A DNA stretch of 64,000 nt, from the NCBI GenBank assembly GCA_951406725.2, contig OX597822.1, forward strand, positions 32,240,001 through 32,304,000. Reading direction: 5' to 3'. This document shows positions 42,001-54,580 of the stretch, one piece after another (position 1 is the first letter of the stretch; the number at the start of each line of letters is the position of its first letter). The notes under the pieces are model-generated. The model had not been told where the DNA came from, did no database searches, and was given only the letters and a program-made list of their open reading frames with translations. The DNA comes from Octopus vulgaris (lineage: Eukaryota). Made by a program: the position numbers and the translations under genes.

Positions 42001-43110
42001 CAGGAGTCAACGTTAGGTACCGATATGACGGTGAGGAATGAGCCAACCATGCCGGGTTAAAGTCACGAAGACTGACCAGGAAGCAAAAGATCATTGAACG
42101 TCAGTTTGCTGATGACGACGCAAAGGTCTGCCTCTCCAGTGAACAGATTCATCAATCGGTGAATGAATTCATCAATGCTTACACTCGGTTTGGCATAAAA
42201 GTCAACACCAAAAAGACACTAATACACAACTCGTTCTAAGAAGGAAACTCTAGACCTCAACATTACCACCTCGGAGGTACCCCTGGAGAAATTCGACCAC
42301 TTGTCATACTCAGGAAGTTTGCTTTCGAATAAATGCATATCGTTAAAGGGCGTGGAGAACCGATTAAGTGCGGCTCACACTGCGTTTGCTGGACTCGCCA
42401 AAATGATATTTAATAGCAAACATCTGAACCACAAAACGAAATTGAGTGTCTAGAAAGCAATCATGATCTTCACACTCCTATGCGGTTGTGAAACCTCGAC
42501 CCTTTACCAATATATTTAACCAACAGAAGCTCCGCTCTATTATGAACTTCAAATGGAACAACTATGTGACCGATGTCTCCGTTTTGGAGGGAACGAAAAG
42601 CAGCAGCATCGAGGCCACTGTCCTGAAACAACGTCTGAGATGGGCAGGCTACATAGCAAGAATGATAGAGACCAGGCATCCTCGTAAAATTTTACATGGT
42701 GAACTTTTTACCGGAAGAAGACTCCGTGGCCGTCTCCTCCATCGATACAAGGACCAGATGAAGCAAAGCCTAAAGCTGACTGGAATCGATCCCAAAGCCT
42801 GCGGCATTGAAGCTGAGGACAGGCCCGGCTGGCATTATTCCATCTCCACTGTGACAAATAATTCTGAAGCTGAACGACAGAGGAAAGAAGAGAAGAAACG
42901 ACAAAAAAGAAAATGGAGGCTGCAACAACCAAAGCCTCCACTACGGATCCATTGTAAACTTTGCAATAGACACTTCCATGCCAGAATCGGCTTCATAAGT
43001 CATGAGAGGCATAAACACGGACAGAGCGGAAGAAGCAGTCGAGAAGAAACCGAATAAATCATCAATCATCGGATACACGATAAAACGTCGTCGAAGACGA
43101 CTACGACGAC
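39050..43110 (+). mobile_element. Near full-length decayed RTE-clade LINE (APE + RT + C-terminal zinc finger)
   Basis: PERRITLVSKELARF.I.IAAL (APE), RHQDWFDD, KSPGPDNIPVELLKHGG, GCVLAPT, QFADD, RLRWAGYIARM and CKLC..F..RIGFISHERHKH, with a (GAC)n tail. Possible decayed TSD at 39018-39046 and 43111-43138. The 5' boundary is approximate. Confidence 0.9.
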
Positions 43111-43332
43111 ACTGAAATACAATGAATCGCGATATTAAAATAGATTATGGTAATAAAAACGTACTGAAAATTATATATTCATGCATACAGAAAAAAATGT
43201 GAGATAAATTATGTGATTGCCAGAATTAATTACTGACATTATTTCCTATTGTTGCTTCTAAATAAACGTAGGCTGACTTTAAATGTTATCACTAAGCATA
43301 ACTTCTCAAGAATTGAAATATATCTAAATATT

Positions 43333-45270
43333 CTTTTCTACTCTAAGCACAAGGTCCGAAATTTTGTGGGAGGGAGCTAGTCGATTAGATCGACCACAGT
43401 ACATAACTGGTACTTAATTTATCGACCCCGAAATAATGCAAGGCAAAGTCGACCTCGGCTGAAATTGAACTCATCACGTAATGATAGACGAAATACCTGT
43501 AAGCATTTCGCCCGGCGTGCTAAATTTCTTATTTCTTTTCTGCCCACAAGCGGCTACACAGAGAGGGGACAAACAAGACAGACAAACGGATTAAGTCGAT
43601 CATATCGACCCCAGTCCGTCACTGGTACATATTTAATCGACCCTGAAAGGATGAAAGGCTAAGTCGATCTCGGCGGAATTGGAACTCAGACCCTAGCGGC
43701 AGAGGAAATACCGCTAAGCATTTCGCCTTTCGTGCTAACGTTTCTGCCAGTTCGCGGCCTTTATCGCCTATATATCTAAATATTCTTTTCTACTCTAGGC
43801 ACAAAGCCCGAAATTTTTGGGGAGAGGGCCAGTCGATTAGATCGACCGCAGTACGCAACGGGTACTTAATTAATCGACCCCGAAAGGATAAAAGGCAAAG
43901 TCGACCTCGGCAGTATTTCATTTCAGAATGTAAAGCCAGACGAAATACATGTTTGTTTATTGCCCACGCGGGCTAAACATAGAGGAGACAAACAAGGACA
44001 GATAAAGGGATTATGTGTCTATTACTTCGACCCCAGTGCGAAACTGGTACGTAGTTTATCGACCCCGAAAGGATGAAAGGCAAAGTCGACCTCTGCGGAT
44101 TTAGAACTCAGAGCGTAAAGGCAAACGAAATACCTATTTCTTTACTATTCACAAAGAGCTAAACACAGAGGGGACAAACAAGGAGAGACAAACGGATTAA
44201 GTCGATTACATCGACCCAGTGCGTAACTGGTACTTATTTAATCGACCCCGAAAGGATGAAAGGCAAAGTCGACCTCGGTGGTATTTGAACTCAGAACGTA
44301 GCGGCACACGAAATACATATTTCTTTATTACCCCCAAGGGTCTAAACACAAAGGGGACAAGGAAGGACAGACAAACGGATTAAGTCGATTACGTCGACCC
44401 CAGTGCGTAACTGGTATTTAATTTATCGAGCCCGAAAAGATGAAAGGCAAAGTCGACCTCGGCAGAATTTGAACTCAGAACGTAATGGCAGACGAAATAC
44501 TACTAAGCATTTCGCCCGGCGTGCTAACGTTTCTGCCCGCTCACCGCCTTTATCGCTTATATATCTAAATATTAAGGAAGCGTTAAATATTTACTGTTAC
44601 TCTTATGTTTTATCTGAATAAAAAATATGTTTTTTATCTAATAATCCATCCTATCACAGGCAGAAAACCTGAAATTATGTGTGTTTCGGGGTTCGGGGTG
44701 CGTGATTTACTTTACTGGTACTTAATTCATCGTCTCCGAAGTGACGAAAGGCAAATTCGATCTCGGCGGAGTTTGAAATCAGAACGCAAAATCGCCGTGC
44801 AAGCGATTCTGCCAGCCCGCCAGTCTTAGTTTGTCTGTTAAATAACCCTTTCTGTTATAGGCACAATGCCTGAAATTCGGGGGAGAGGACTAGTCGATTA
44901 AATCGACACCAGTGCTCGACAGGTATCTATTTTATTGATCCGGAATTGATGAAAGGGAAAGTCGATCTCGGTGGAATTGTGAATTCAGAATGTAAAGTCG
45001 GCGTGCTAACGATTCTGCCAGCTCACAGCCTTATTTTGTTTATTTAATAACTGTTTCTGGTAGAAGCACAATGCCTGACATTTGGGGGAGAAGAATAATC
45101 AATTACATCGAACCCAGGTCTCGACTGGTACCTATTATACCGACGTCAAAATGATGAAAGGTAAAGACGACCACGGCGGCACTTGAACTCAGTACGTAGA
45201 CAGACAAATTACTGCCAAGCATTTCATCCCGGATTGCTAACGATTCTGCAAGCTCGCCGCTCACTGCCAG
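43333..45270 (-). mobile_element. Tandem array of ~9 SINE family B units
   Basis: actggtacttatttatcgaccccgaaaggatgaaaggcaaagtcgacctcggc recurs about every 180-230 bp. Confidence 0.9.
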
Positions 45271-46256
45271 TTTAATAATGATTCGTCAAAATGTAAATAT
45301 ATGCAAATTTGGGTACAGACTATGTTGCTAGCCAAATATTTGACGGCTTCGTATAACACTGATCTATGTTATCGATTGGAAAAAGAAGCCGTGTATGTAT
45401 TCTAACAGATCTCTTTAATGTTTAATGTTTGCTCAACTTTTATCAAATATATACCCGGCTTCTTTGTGTATATGTAGGCATATATGTATATAGGTATATG
45501 TATGTATGTGAAAATATATGCATATTGATATGTATATGCATATATATATTTAAAAACATACATTGTGGGTGGTTGCGAAAGGAATACAACTTGTTTACGC
45601 AACCTGTCTGGCTAGATATCTCTGCGTATCTTTTTCTCTCTCCCTACCTTTCTATACACGCACTCACACGCTCGCACGCGCGCACACACACACAAACACA
45701 TTCAAAACAGCAATGAAAATCTCTGATTTACCAAACGCCCACAATTTTGATAATGATGTTTCTCTTTCAACAAGAAGTTTTTTCTTTATCTTCTTACATC
45801 AAAAGATACCTCTGATTAACTAAAACTACGTAACTCGCATAACATTTTCCCTATTTGGAAAACAGAAATTTAATAGAATTTCAATACAAATTCTTGCAAT
45901 TACAAACACATTTATCGCACTGTATCTTCACAAAGAAAACTCTATTAGAAAGATGCTTTACAGATGCGAAGATTAAAACTTTGTTTCTATTTTTTTGTTC
46001 TGTTTCATTCTTTTTTTTTTTTAGTTTTTGTTTCCATTCGCAATTCTAACATTCGCGTATAGCATGTTTCATCTTTAAATAGCAAAAATTGAACACTTCT
46101 TCAAATATTTTATGTTATCTCAAAGAAGCTGTTGTCATCGTTCGAATATTTTTGTTGGATCTGCTGCGAGCACATCAACTGTGTAAGTATTTTCATTTAT
46201 AAATTATTATTAGCATTTTGAATAAAATTATGCATGCTACTATTGCCATTACTGTT

Positions 46257-46800
46257 TCTTCTTCTTCTTCTTCTTCTTCTTCTTCTTCTTCTTCTTCTTC
46301 CCTCTTCGTCGTCTTCTTCTTTTTCTTCTTCCAATCAGGACTCACGCCATTAGCCACAAAGAATAATCTCTAATTCGAGCCTACTCTAAGCTACTAAGAA
46401 TGCGTGTGGCAACTTGAAAATCCCCCCCACCACACACGATAGACTGGCGGTTGCACGGGCGAGAAAGCTACGTTGTTATCCTCATTCCGTAAAGGGTGGA
46501 TTTTAACGGGTGGAGAGCTGAACCATCCTGGGATACAGAGGATTCGCAATCTAGACGATGGTTTGAAAGTTTACCACACCATAGTGGGTTACACCATGGT
46601 CCTCTGCTTTGTGACAGAAGTAGGAAGAAAGAGTGAGAGACAGTTGTGGTGAAAGAGTACAGCGGGGTTCACCACCGTAGCCTGGTGGAGCTTAGGTGTT
46701 TTTTGCTCAAGAAACTCTCACAATGCCCGGTCTGGGAATCGAAACCGCGTTCTTACGACCGCGAGCCCGCTGTCCTAACCACTGGGCCATTGCACCTCCA
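46257..46800 (-). mobile_element. SINE family C head with a different 3' region ending in (GAA)n
   Basis: 46615-46800 matches the reverse complement of 1749-1945. The remainder is unrelated to the tail of that copy. Confidence 0.7.
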
Positions 46801-47246
46801 CTAATGTTGCTGCTGCTGCTGCTTATACAGCAACAACAACAACAACTACTACTACTATTACTTGTTGCTGGTGCTATGGGCCTTAGCTGTTGACATCGAT
46901 TGTGTGAATGTGTATGATGATGATGTCGACACCGACGACAAAGTCGCCGAAGTCAATAATATGATGGCAACGGTGATATTGATGAGGAGGACTTCTAAGT
47001 TTGATAGAGGGACACATTTGTATGGGTTGACAATAAGCGATTCTGGAAAATTATTTCATCAAACCAAATGTGAGGAAATTGAAATTCCTGCCATTCAAAT
47101 GTGAAAGCATTATTTAAAAAGATAAACTAAAAATGTATAAACAAAAGCAGTCAGCTGGTCCAGCCATTTTCTTTCATATCTCAAACATGTGCAATTGAAC
47201 GTATATATACATGTGCGTGTGTCTGTGAGATTATATATATATATAT

Positions 47247-47613
47247 CTTTTACATGTTTCAGTCATTTGACTGTGGCCATGCTGGAGCACCGCCTTTAGC
47301 CGAGCAAATCGACCCCGGGACTTATTCTTTGTAAGCCCAGTACTTATTCTATCGGTCTCTTTTGCCGAACCGTTAACTTACGGGGACGTAAACACACCAG
47401 CATCGGTTGTCAAGCAATGCTTGAGGGACAAACACAGACACACAAACACATACACACACATACATATATATACGACGGGCTTCTTTCAGTTTCCGTCTAC
47501 CACATCCACTCACAAGGCATTGGTCGGCCCGGGGCTATAGCAGAAGACACTTGCCCAAGATGCCACGCAGTGGGACTGAACCCGGAACCATGTGGTTGGT
47601 TAGCAAGCTACTT
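47247..47613 (-). mobile_element. SINE family A, 3' part (5' head displaced to 49650-49688)
   Basis: Sequence is contiguous with accacacagtcactcctgcgcc at 49667-49688 once the insert is removed. Confidence 0.9.
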
Positions 47614-47939
47614 TATTTCAAAACATTTGCCATAAAGGCAGTACACAGATTAAGTTAGCTTTGCGGGCTGGACGAGGACATTAATGAAGTGAATGATAAT
47701 GAAAGACAGATGATAAGGATGGAAGAAGACAAAAAGCGCCCGCCGACTTTCGCTTCTCTAAAACATTGTTCTTTTTAAAGATAAACACAAAACGAGGTAT
47801 TAAACCTCTTACAATTTTTCCAATTTTTCCAATTTTTGGACTTAGCAGTCCATTTTTAATAAAAATGCAGAACGAGGTATTAAACCTCTTTCCAATTTTT
47901 GGACTTAGCGGTCCATTATTAATACTAACAGTTCAATAA

Positions 47940-49095
47940 TTACATATCGTCCTCGAAATAGCTTGTGCCCGCGCCCTCCACCATCATACACGCCTCCCTC
48001 AGAACGTAATCAAGTTCCGAGTTCGCGTCGCCCGGGACCAAGCTATAATCTTCATTGAGCTCCTTTAGCCCAAGCGTCACGTCGAACGCCACGGCCTCCA
48101 CAGCTATCTGCGGAGGCCATTCGGGGTCCTGTGTGAAGGCTAAAGGAGCTCCCTTGTGGTACTCTTCCATCATTTTTTTTTCAATTTCTCCTCCTCTATA
48201 GAAGAGGACCAATACGTTCAGTTCTTTCGTTGGCGGCACAGTTCCCGCCAACGTCTGCGGCTCATGGATATCAGCCGCCCGACCTTTCTTTCTTTTTCTC
48301 CTCCTTCTTTTGGGGGAGACTGCTGACCCAGGGGACTCCGTCACCAGACACGGGGGATCGCTATCCCTCTCCGCCACCTGAGCGTTCTTTGGCGAGCAGC
48401 CGTTGTTGCTCGCTTGTCTCTTTCTTTTCGTGGAGGCAACCTCCTCCACGACTTCCACCGTCTCCCCCTCCAATGAGGGGGCGGCGGGCGCCTTTTCCCC
48501 TTCATGCTCGGGGCACCACCACGGCCCCCGGGACAATTCCTCTTGATATGTCCGGGCTTCAGGCACAGGTGACACTTGGGGGGGCGTCCCTCGAGTATCA
48601 CCGGGTACCTGTGCCCAGCCATTCTCAGGAAGTCCGGGAATTTCATTTCTCCCACGGCCACGGGTGTCCACAGGGTCAAAGTTGCCTTTGACCCCTCCCA
48701 GGCGACCGCGGGAGCCATTTTCACACTCAGTAGCCTGGGTCCGCTATCCCCCAGGCCTCGCCGGATGGTCTTCTCGATCCATTCCGCCTCCGTGCCCGGG
48801 GGCAGCCCACAAACCCAGGCTCTTTTTACTTTTCTGCCACAATGCGAGGGGAGGAACAAAATTTCCTCTCCCTCCAGTGACACACCGTTGCAAATTTACT
48901 CCCCCGAGAAATAAACTTTATCGTTGGTAGGTGGTCCCCCAACTCTTTCTCTATGGTGCTCCTGTCGAAGAGGGCGATAGCTCCACGCGACCTAGAATAG
49001 GTTCGTAGGACCACCGTCCTCTTCTCAAGACTTTCAATCCACTGCTTGGGTGGGACAACCTCCCATTCCAAAGCAGTGGTTTCTTTTGTTGCCAT
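47940..49095 (-). pseudogene. L1/Tx1-type ORF1 (gag-like) protein with CCHC zinc knuckle, two frameshifts
   Basis: MATKETTALEW... / RAWVCGLPP...VILEGRPPKCHLCLKPGHIKRNCP / basic KRRRRKRKK...FEDDM*, spread over three overlapping ORFs. Confidence 0.8.
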
Positions 49096-49260
49096 GATTT
49101 TGAAAAAAAGTTGAACTAAAAGTTCAAAGTCCAATAAGAAAAAAACACAATGACAGAACAGAAAGACAGAACAGAGAAAAGGATGAAGGAAGACAGTTCA
49201 AATAATGGCAACACAGTTCTGCAACTGGTAATCCTCACGAAACAGGGTACTCCTAGTTGC

Positions 49261-49350
49261 AGCACACTTGGTTCTCCGTGGTAAATCCAAGCACAATTGG
49301 TTCTCCGTGGTAAATCCAAGCACAATTGGTTCTCCGTGGTAAATCCAAGC
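49261..49350. repeat. 29-bp tandem repeat x3 in the 5' UTR of the ORF1-only element
   Basis: agcacaattggttctccgtggtaaatcca repeated three times. Confidence 0.95.
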
Positions 49351-49686
49351 GAACAAATTAATTTTTGAGGAGGGGCTATGCCTCTTCAAAATACACAATT
49401 CTCACTAAAAGGTGAGACAATAAATACGCCAACAGGCAGAACAAATACATCCGAAGCAAAGTGAAGCTTATTACGCGCAGAAAAGTGTTAACACTAATTA
49501 ACATTAATGCCAAAAAAGTATTAACTGCAAGCAATAAACCTCACTATGCTTCCAAAAATATCCAAAATGTCCTACCTGTTGCCGTAAAATGTTCAATAAT
49601 TCACGTTAACACGTGACATTTGCCGGAGCCAAAAAACAGCACGTCTGTCTGGTAAGAAAGCTACTTACCACACAGTCACTCCTGCG

Positions 49687-49733
<47 letters not shown>

Positions 49734-50256
49734 CTCTGAGGTAAACAGTAATAGTACGGAATCTTAAAATATATTTACCAACTAAATGTATCGGTCCCAT
49801 ACAGAACGATGTTACTGCTGTTTTTAGTCCCAGGAAGACACCTCCTTCAGCTGCCTAACAACACACTGTCTTTAACCAATTAGTATTTGCGAGAAGATGT
49901 CATCGATCCCCTCTCTATCAGAAACGCTAAAGATATGATATGCCTCTCCACAGCTCATATGTTTTTCTTCATGCTTGAGCGATTTTTCTGTCGTACCAGA
50001 GACATGCAAATGTCGCAGCGCTTGATTGACTCTAATTTCGCGCTTTGTTCAACTTCATGCATATTTGGGCCGGATGAATGTATCCTTGGAGCGTGAAGTC
50101 AAATAACTTATCCCAACAAACTCCGCATCTCTCGAACCGATAACTGAACCGAGGAGGTTATGATCGAGAGCCTATTTACTTAACCAGTACTCTTTTATTC
50201 TTTTACTTGTTTCAGTCCTTTGGCTGCGGTCATTGCTGGGGTACCATCTTAAAAAG

Positions 50257-50375
50257 CGCTTACAGATTCTCGGTTTCCCAAGCGGTCACCCATCGAAGTA
50301 TCCACTAGGCTTGACGTTGCTTAACTTCTGTGATCGGACGAGAACCGATGTATTCAACTTAATATGGTCGTAAGT
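50257..50375 (-). rRNA. 5S: 5S rRNA gene copy, diverged (probable pseudogene), followed by TTTTT
   Basis: ACTTACGACCATAT..GTTGAA..CGGTTCTCGTCCGATCAC.GAAGTTAAGCAACGTC...GATGGGTGACCGCTTGGGAA...TGTAAGC, about 119 nt. Confidence 0.88.
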
Positions 50376-50520
50376 CAAGGAATTTTTGATTCTTCAGTAA
50401 CGAATATTTTCTATGAGAAAAGTTTACTTTTTCCTTTCTCAAACACCCCTACATTTCTGCTGAGAAGCTGAAAAGGATCCCTTTATAATGCTGTTCATAG
50501 CGTAACGGAGTAGGGAAAAG

Positions 50521-50553
<33 letters not shown>

Positions 50554-50866
50554 AAAGGATAGAGGGACCTGGGTGGAGAGAGAGACGTATAGAAACACAG
50601 AATGTATTTCAAAGAGAGAGAGAACAATGAGATAGACTGTGTTTCTATACGTCTCTCTCTCTCCACTCAGGCCCCTCTATCCTTTCTCTTTCTCTCTCTC
50701 TCTCTCTCTCTTTTTTTTCTCCTTTTCCCTACTCCGTTACGCTATGAACAGCCTTATAAAGGGATCCTTTTCAGCTTCTCAGCAGAAATGTAGGGGTGTT
50801 TGAAAAAGGAAAAAGGAAACTTTTCTCATAGAAAATATTCGTTACTAAAGAATCAAAATTTCCTTG

Positions 50867-50919
50867 ACTTACGGCCATATTAAGTTGAATACATCGGTTC
50901 TCGTCCGATCACAGAAGTT

Positions 50920-50922
<3 letters not shown>
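50867..50922 (+). pseudogene. 5S: Truncated 5S rRNA copy (first 56 nt) running into (GAAA)n
   Basis: Reverse complement of 50320-50375. The (GAAA)n tract extends to 50998. Confidence 0.88.
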
Positions 50923-50998
<76 letters not shown>

Positions 50999-51589
50999 TC
51001 GCATTAATCTAACCCGGTGATTAGTAATTTATCAACCATCCAAGATCGACAGCCGAATAGACCACGCTGGAATTTGAATTCAGATCACAGATTGACGAAG
51101 CAAACATCGGAGGTCATTCCGCTGTCGCTTTAAATTTTTTGCCTATAGTGCTTCTGCAGTTTCATTTAAATTAATATTAGCGTGTGTACACTCAAAAAAA
51201 TGTTGCAGTCATATATTAGCCTTATACATATCCATACCCATCAATGGTTTTGGAAGGATTGACTGGCTGAACTCTTATAATAAGTAGCGTATTGGTTGAG
51301 AGGAGAGAAGCCGTAGGAAGTCGTTGAGAGTTCGTGGAAGTCGTAGGAAGTCGTAGGAAGTCGTAGGAAGTCGTTGAGATAGTTGAGAGTTTGTATTTAT
51401 CGGAGTCATTTGAAGTACGTCGAGAAGAAAGTTGTGTCTATCCCCGCTTCGTGAAATCTCTATATTTAACGTAAGGAAGAATTTTCAATAAGGTTTACAT
51501 GTAATATATACCAATACATACATGTATATATGTATATATATATATATATAGTTAGTTTTTCTAATGCTCGTAGCTTAGTTTTTCTTGGG

Positions 51590-51750
51590 GGCTGGCCGGA
51601 TCGGAGCGATCTCAAGATTAATCAGCCGAAATTGCTACGATGATCCGGTTCTTGACTGAAGATTGAGGGCTTCGAATGTCCCGTCCGTGTTTTTTGTATC
51701 GTCTTCTGTGTGTTTTGCGTTCTTGTCCCAGTTTGTGTTTTTCAACATAT
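51590..51750 (+). mobile_element. PLE-type terminal repeat fragment (related copy on the minus strand at ~57365-57580)
   Basis: gccgaaa.tgc...gatgatc.gg..ct.gactga...ct.cgaatg.ccc is shared by both, and both abut TA tracts. Confidence 0.5.
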
Positions 51751-51765
51751 AATAATAATAATAAT

Positions 51766-51803
<38 letters not shown>

Positions 51804-52086
51804 GAGCAAAACGCCTCCCGCCCAATTGGACGTTGCTGAGTTGTAAAAGGTTTAAACCAAATTTTCTCAAAACAACTTGTCCGATCGTCCCATAGGCCTC
51901 CGCTTTGAGAAACACTGATTTAACCTAAATTTGAGTCACCACCAACAGAAGAAATAGAGATAGACTTTTTTTTTATTTCAAAGAAAAGCGATTGTATATC
52001 TACATATCAAATTTGACTGCCATCGGATGGAGGATGCCCGATATACGAGAAGACACACACACAGACAGACAGATTATGAATAAATA

Positions 52087-52295
52087 AAAAGTAGACATTG
52101 CGTACAGAACATCACCAAAGAGTGAAAAATACGGAAATACACGAGAGAAAAGCACAGGACAAAAGACCAACAGAAGATAACTCCACATCAGTTGTCGGAC
52201 TGTTTATTACTCCCTATTTGTCGTGTGCTTCCCTCTCGTATGTTTACGTATTTTTCACTCGTTGGTGATGTCCTGTACACAATGTGTATTTTTTT
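52087..52295. repeat. Old diverged fold-back (arms ~80 bp)
   Basis: acattgcgtacagaacatcaccaaagagtgaaaaatacg versus cgtatttttcactcgttggtgatgtcctgtacacaatgt. Confidence 0.75.
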
Positions 52296-52305
52296 TTTAT
52301 ATATC

Positions 52306-52711
52306 GTGGCTGTGTGGTAAGTAGCTTTCTTACCAAACACATGGGTCCGGTTTCATTCCCACTGCGTGCTCCTTGGACAAGTGTCCTATACAACTGCTTC
52401 GGGCCGATCAAAGACTTGTGAATGGGTTAGAAGACGGAAACTGAAAGAAACCCGTCGTTTATATGTGTGTGTGTGTGTGCGTGTGTGTGTATGTTTGTGT
52501 GCCTGTGTTTGTCCCACCACCATTGCTTGACAACCGATGTTGGTGTATTTACGTTCCCAGAACTGAGCGGTTCAGCAAATGATAACGACAGAGAAAGTAC
52601 TACGCTTACAAAGAATAAGTCTCGGGACGGGGTCAATTTATTCGACTACAAGCGCTACTCCAGCATGACCGCAGTCAAAAGACTGAAACAAATACAAGCG
52701 CAAAAGAATAA

Positions 52712-52713
<2 letters not shown>
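52306..52713 (+). mobile_element. SINE family A
   Basis: Same landmarks as the other copies. Confidence 0.88.
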
Positions 52714-52763
<50 letters not shown>

Positions 52764-53650
52764 CATACATATGTAATACATAATATGTATTATGTAATGT
52801 ATACACATACATATATTTACACACACACACTCACACATATATATATGAAGAAAACAAGCTGAAGAAGCGTGTAGTTTTTAGAAATAGTTCTTACAATAAT
52901 TCCCATATGGAACTAAATGCACCTATACACCATTACACAATTCGTCTTTCTTATTGTTAAGGTGCACGATGACCCGGACAAAGAACTGCAAATATCAATA
53001 AAGTGAATACCGGATACACAACCTCAAGACGTTCTAGCTTGGTTTATGTACTTGAATATGGAGAATTAACTAAAAATAGCTGTTGCTGGATGATATAATG
53101 TTTTAGCCATTAATCAGCTTGCCTCAGGACTTGTTGAAAACAGAGATTGATGTATAGCGTGGAAAAGAATATAAATATGATTACACCCATCAAATAGCTA
53201 AACACACGCCGACATACGAATGCACTCATAAAGGCAGGCACACGGACATATATTCATCGATCAAACTAACTTTATCAAAGCAGATGTATCTAAGTGCGTT
53301 CGTACGCATACGAAGAAATATGCAGATATAAATATATGCATATAAATAGATGGATAGATACATGCATACATATCTATGTATATATATTAACATTTATCAG
53401 CTTGTATACTCATATATATATATATATATATGTAATTATTTATATGTAAATATATAAGTATATATATATATATATATATACATACATACATACACACATT
53501 CGCACACACATATATACATATATATATACACACAAAAATATATATACATATATATACCTCAGTATGTGTGTATGTATGCGCATATATCTAAATGGACAAT
53601 ATTGAAAGGTAAATAGGAACTGAGCAAATAATTATATATATATATATTCA

Positions 53651-54580
<930 letters not shown>

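Larger units (their letters stand above)
47614..49649 (-). mobile_element. ORF1-only (HAL1-like) non-LTR retroelement with 17-bp TSD
   Basis: TSD tggttagcaagctactt (47597-47613) and tggtaagaaagctactt (49650-49666). It has a gag-like ORF and no RT. Confidence 0.8.

Noticed and set aside
43333-45270. Regularly spaced repeats as a CRISPR-like or tRNA gene array
   Set aside because: The units are whole SINE bodies that also occur dispersed in the window.
49261-49350. 29-bp repeats resembling a CRISPR array
   Set aside because: The repeats are contiguous with no spacers, there are no cas genes, and the context is a eukaryotic retroelement UTR.
51201-51499. Solo LTR (TG...CA, with 10-bp gtcgtaggaa repeats)
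   Set aside because: No TSD and no second copy in the window.
51905-51918. hAT-like terminal repeat tttgagaaacactg
   Set aside because: A single 14-mer with no partner TIR or TSD.
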